Virus record (IMG/VR): IMGVR_UViG_3300020403_000058
Location: 1-29,542 of that record
Source: a virus
Taxonomy: Duplodnaviria > Caudoviricetes
Direction: 5' to 3' (one strand)
Length of the DNA: 29,542 nt
In this document: in pieces, positions 26,259 to 29,542 of the stretch
Layout of the letters: each line of letters starts with the position of its first letter
How positions within the stretch are numbered: position 1 is the first letter of the stretch
Made by a program: the position numbers and the translations under genes
Notes under the pieces: generated by a model
The model's database searches: none
What the model was told of the DNA's origin: nothing
The model's input: the letters and a program-made list of their open reading frames with translations, nothing else

Positions 26259-27097
26259 ATGCCTGGGAATAGGTGCTGCAGTTTTTCATCAGAGGTCATT
26301 TCCTGGATAATCCACTTTGCAATCGCAATATGCCCGTTTTTACCCGGATGCCATCCACCCAACCAGCGGTGAGTGTCTTCCTCGTCGCCAGTGGCAAATT
26401 CTGTCTTCTCATCTCGCTGATCAAGGGTTCTGTACTCCCTCATCAGTTCTTCGTCTTCCATCCACCATGTAGGGCAAATAGAATCCGTTTCTCCGACGTA
26501 ATAGTCTCGATTACAGAATTCCTCTTGTGAGGGAGTCACACCCTTGACATGCTTGTGCTCTACCAACTCTTTCCACACGGTATTGCAACTTTCGATCTCT
26601 TTGGGTGTCCATTCCTCTAACTGGAGGAACACATAGGGAATATTCTTTGTTTTGAAGTATTGCTCAAGCAAAAAGACGTTTTTGTAAAAATTATCGATAT
26701 ACAGAGTCCTAGTCTTGACATTGGCGTCCCACCACTCACAAATCTCGATTACTTTGTGTTCTGGGTGGCAACCATAGAAATGTTCGTACTGATCCATGCT
26801 GAACCAGCGTTCATTCAGTTCGCTGTAGTATGACCACCGCTGAGGGTGGGAAAACTGCACTACAGCAACATCTACTTCATTCTTCTCGCAATACTCAACA
26901 GTATCGCGGGTAATCTCGTCATTGGAATAACCAGAGTACCCGATATTGTCAAAAGTCACCTCAAGACCAAAAAGGTCATTCAAATATTCCTTTACGACGT
27001 TTGAATATCTCAGTCGATCTCTTTGATCCATGTCATGCTCCAAACCATCCAGTTCGGTGCCTTCACAGAAAGAATCGCCTGAGAATAGTATCTTCAT
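26255..27097 (-). CDS. SGNH/GDSL-like hydrolase or acyltransferase (280 aa)
   Basis: Block I ILFSGDSF..G, block II NIGYSGYSND.I.R and block V WHPGKNGHIAIAKWI. Confidence 0.72.
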   Translation of the reverse strand: MKILFSGDSFCEGTELDGLEHDMDQRDRLRYSNVVKEYLNDLFGLEVTFDNIGYSGYSNDEITRDTVEYCEKNEVDVAVVQFSHPQRWSYYSELNERWFSMDQYEHFYGCHPEHKVIEICEWWDANVKTRTLYIDNFYKNVFLLEQYFKTKNIPYVFLQLEEWTPKEIESCNTVWKELVEHKHVKGVTPSQEEFCNRDYYVGETDSICPTWWMEDEELMREYRTLDQRDEKTEFATGDEEDTHRWLGGWHPGKNGHIAIAKWIIQEMTSDEKLQHLFPGI

Positions 27098-28473
27098 AAT
27101 ACAGTGACGTTATACTTACTAGAAAAGTCCAGTGCATCGGACCATTCGTTGACCATTGGCATGCCACGAATGTTCAGTGATGTATTTAGAAGTACAGGGC
27201 AACCTGTACGCTCATACCAGACCTCTAGGACCTTCCTGAAGACGCTTGAACTGGTTTCGGGTACCGTTTGTACTCTTGCACTGTTATCGACGTGTACGCA
27301 GGCAGGAATCTCCTCTGGGAGTTTGCACTGGTAGACATATGACATATAGCGAGAGTGCTTGGGCATGTCAAAGTAATCCTGGCAGTATTCCTCCAGAATT
27401 GCTGGTGCAAACGGTCTAAACTTCTGTCTCTTCTTGATTTCGTTGACTCGATCCTTATTTGCAAAGGTTCGGGGGTCTGCCAGCAAAGAACGGTTGCCTA
27501 GGGCACGTGGACCGTACTCTGCCCTGCCATTTGCAAGACCACAGATACCATCCTTCAGAAGAACATCTACAACCTCTTCAGGATCAACTTTGCGGTCAAT
27601 CTTGTAACCAGTGTATGGTGTGAACTCAACTCTCTTGCCATGTGCCAATAGTGCGGCACCAAGTGCTCCACCAGCGTCTCCTGGGTTGGGCATGATCCAC
27701 AAGTTGCACTTCTCACGGAGTCTGGTGTTAGCAACACAGTTCAGGGCAACACCACCGCCATAGCAAACGTTATCGCTGTATCGAAGTGCGATATCAAAGA
27801 TTTTATCCAACTCTTCTTCTAGGACGACCTGTGCACTAGCAGCAACGTCCTCTTTACTCTCAATATCCAGTTGACAACCCCGATGGTTGTTTTGGGACAG
27901 AAGTTTCCGTACTTCGTCTACATGTTTGGGTTCACCAAACGCTGCCATGCCCATAAAGATGTATTCCTCGTCCAGAGGACGAAGACCTGCCCATTTGGTC
28001 AAAGCGGAGTACCACAGACCGATAGATCTGGGATATCGACGTGACCAACGCTTTACATAGTTGGCAGTGCCATTGACATACTCAGCAGTCCACACAGAAC
28101 TGCAATCCCACTCTCCAATGCTGTCAACGACCACACATGCTGCCTCATCGAAGCAAGATGTCTGGAATGCTGCCGCTGCATGCGACATGTGATGTGGGAA
28201 ACTGATTGAAGGTGAGAATGCCAGTTTCCGATCTCTATTCCAGTGGTTTTGACCTGCAAAGAACTGACGGACCCTTTTGGGGAACTGCTTCTCGTAAAAA
28301 GCGATAACATCGTCCTTAGTATTCAGATGCTGCCCGATGAAAGTGATTTCTTCGCACAGTTTCTTGTCATGCTTCTTTTTAGAGTATCTTTCGCTGTGAC
28401 CAGCAAAGACAATCTTGTTATCACGAACAACTGCCAGACCAGCGTCGTGAAAACCTTCAGAGAACCCAATCAT
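27094..28473 (-). CDS. O-carbamoyltransferase, NodU/CmcH/TobZ family (459 aa)
   Basis: FHDAG, SERYSKKKHD, HHMSHAAAAF, VDSIGE, EYIFMGMAAFG, GGVALNCVAN, PGDAGGALGAA, GRAEYGPRALGNRSLLADP, KKRQKFRPFAP, HVDNSARVQTV and PVLLNTSLNIRGMP (Kae1-like plus YrdC-like domains). Confidence 0.95.
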   Translation of the reverse strand: MIGFSEGFHDAGLAVVRDNKIVFAGHSERYSKKKHDKKLCEEITFIGQHLNTKDDVIAFYEKQFPKRVRQFFAGQNHWNRDRKLAFSPSISFPHHMSHAAAAFQTSCFDEAACVVVDSIGEWDCSSVWTAEYVNGTANYVKRWSRRYPRSIGLWYSALTKWAGLRPLDEEYIFMGMAAFGEPKHVDEVRKLLSQNNHRGCQLDIESKEDVAASAQVVLEEELDKIFDIALRYSDNVCYGGGVALNCVANTRLREKCNLWIMPNPGDAGGALGAALLAHGKRVEFTPYTGYKIDRKVDPEEVVDVLLKDGICGLANGRAEYGPRALGNRSLLADPRTFANKDRVNEIKKRQKFRPFAPAILEEYCQDYFDMPKHSRYMSYVYQCKLPEEIPACVHVDNSARVQTVPETSSSVFRKVLEVWYERTGCPVLLNTSLNIRGMPMVNEWSDALDFSSKYNVTVL

Positions 28474-28607
28474 GCTTCATCGCCCTCATCATCAGCAAAT
28501 GGATCATCGAGTTCGTCCATCTCATCTAATTCATAGACGAACGGGTCCATTTTCCGGATTTTCCAAAGATTATACTCGCCAACGATCCAATGCCAGAGTC
28601 GGAGCAT
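28470..28607 (-). CDS. 45-aa peptide with an aromatic N-terminal half and acidic C-terminal half; DPFVY motif
   Basis: Not in the ORF track. MLRLWHWIVGEYNLWKIRKMDPFVYELDEMDELDDPFADDEGDEA; GAGG RBS 5 nt before the ATG; its TGA overlaps the carbamoyltransferase ATG (ATGA). Confidence 0.75.
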   Translation of the reverse strand: MLRLWHWIVGEYNLWKIRKMDPFVYELDEMDELDDPFADDEGDEA

Positions 28608-28637
28608 AATAACCTCGAATGCGTTCTATGTATAATA

Positions 28638-29528
28638 TCACTTTCCCCAGGAATCGGGTAATTTGCCGAAATATTGCTTCCAGTTGGAATAGCAAGGTTC
28701 CATCATGACCTTTGCCCAATCCTTGACGTGGTCTGGCATGTGCATCACGTCAGACTCCCATTGATCGTTCAAATATTGGATATGTGGGGCACAGGGACCG
28801 AGATCTGGTACATATGCGTTTACATGAACATCCTTGATCTCCATACCGATGAAATCTGAAAGAGCAGCAGTTTCTCCTGCCCAGAAATCTTCCATAATCG
28901 TTACATGGGTGTTCTCACTGCCAAATGCGTCTGCCCACTTGTGATAGAAGTCCATATAGTCAAAATCCATCCCAGACTTCATAAAATGCTCGACAGGTTT
29001 GTCTCTTTTCTGTGCCTGGCGACAAGACCACAGTCTCCGAATGGGATCTCGGAAAATCATGTGGATTTTTACGTCAAAATAACTCTGTAGATGAAATGCC
29101 AGAACTTTTAGGTATTCTGCGTCACAATATCCATTGGGGTTGCTGAAATCAGCAACTGCCTTATACTCATCCTTGATATTGTCCCAATGCTTCAGATAAT
29201 ACTGAACATATTTCCGTAACTCGAATGGAGGCGACCAAAAATAGTCAATTTCTTCCTCAGTCCACTTTCCCGCAACGTAAGGAGACTCGTGAGTGAAAAT
29301 TTTTGGTTTTCGGGTTGTAGTTGACTGCCTAGACGGACCAAAGAACTTTTTATAGAATTTGATTCGCTCAAATGTATTATTCTTCTCTTGCAGTTGCAGC
29401 AACCACAAATATCCCTTTTCTTTTCGGTGTCCGGCGTGACAATACTTGTTATACCAACCCAAAGTGTAGTATAATGGAGTGGTCCCGGACCATCCAGTTC
29501 CTACATTCAAAAATAGTGTTGGTTTCAT
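28638..29528 (-). CDS. Sulfotransferase-family (P-loop) protein (296 aa)
   Basis: 5'-PSB-like FLNVGTGWSGTTPLY, KE..YL, ADFSN.N and 3'-PB-like IFRDPIRRLWS. Confidence 0.75.
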   Translation of the reverse strand: MKPTLFLNVGTGWSGTTPLYYTLGWYNKYCHAGHRKEKGYLWLLQLQEKNNTFERIKFYKKFFGPSRQSTTTRKPKIFTHESPYVAGKWTEEEIDYFWSPPFELRKYVQYYLKHWDNIKDEYKAVADFSNPNGYCDAEYLKVLAFHLQSYFDVKIHMIFRDPIRRLWSCRQAQKRDKPVEHFMKSGMDFDYMDFYHKWADAFGSENTHVTIMEDFWAGETAALSDFIGMEIKDVHVNAYVPDLGPCAPHIQYLNDQWESDVMHMPDHVKDWAKVMMEPCYSNWKQYFGKLPDSWGK

Positions 29529-29542
29529 TCTCTAGATGGTTC
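29525..29542 (-). CDS. 3' end of an upstream gene (...EPSRE*), truncated by the window edge
   Basis: In-frame gaa cca tct aga gaa tga, with the TGA overlapping the sulfotransferase ATG (ATGA) like the other junctions in the cassette; only 6 codons visible. Confidence 0.4.
   Translation of the reverse strand, partial: EPSRE

Noticed and set aside
28625-28645. TATAAT on the plus strand and TGATATTAT on the minus strand between the sulfotransferase and the peptide gene
   Set aside because: No convincing -35 on the coding strand and no plus-strand gene to drive; a weak extended -10 is possible but unsupported
24183-29528. Saxitoxin or Nod-factor biosynthesis cluster
   Set aside because: Only generic tailoring families are shared; no scaffold enzymes (SxtA, SxtG, NodA/B/C) are recognisable

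Overview
This window is a 29.5-kb segment of a T4-like myovirus, most likely a marine cyanophage (Kyanoviridae-like). All credible genes lie on the minus strand. In transcription order (right to left) there are two blocks. The first (about 24.2-29.5 kb) is a largely translationally coupled tailoring cassette: a sulfotransferase-fold protein, a 45-aa Trp-rich/acidic peptide absent from the ORF track, a NodU/CmcH/TobZ-type O-carbamoyltransferase, an SGNH-like hydrolase and a twitch/SPASM radical SAM enzyme. It is followed by a GT-A glycosyltransferase-like gene and a small acidic ORF, and closed by an intrinsic terminator. The second is the late baseplate/tail block: gp25, gp6, gp7 (apparently split into 2753-aa and 955-aa ORFs), gp8, a 2375-aa DUF4815/VrlC-like structural protein, four small ORFs and the 5' part of a fibre-like gene. 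T4-type late promoter motifs ((A/C)TAAATA) precede several genes. No tRNA, CRISPR array or mobile element was seen. The best candidate for an undescribed system is the modification cassette, whose substrate (virion glycan, DNA, or the small peptide) cannot be determined from the sequence. All family assignments come from recognising motifs by eye, not from database searches.
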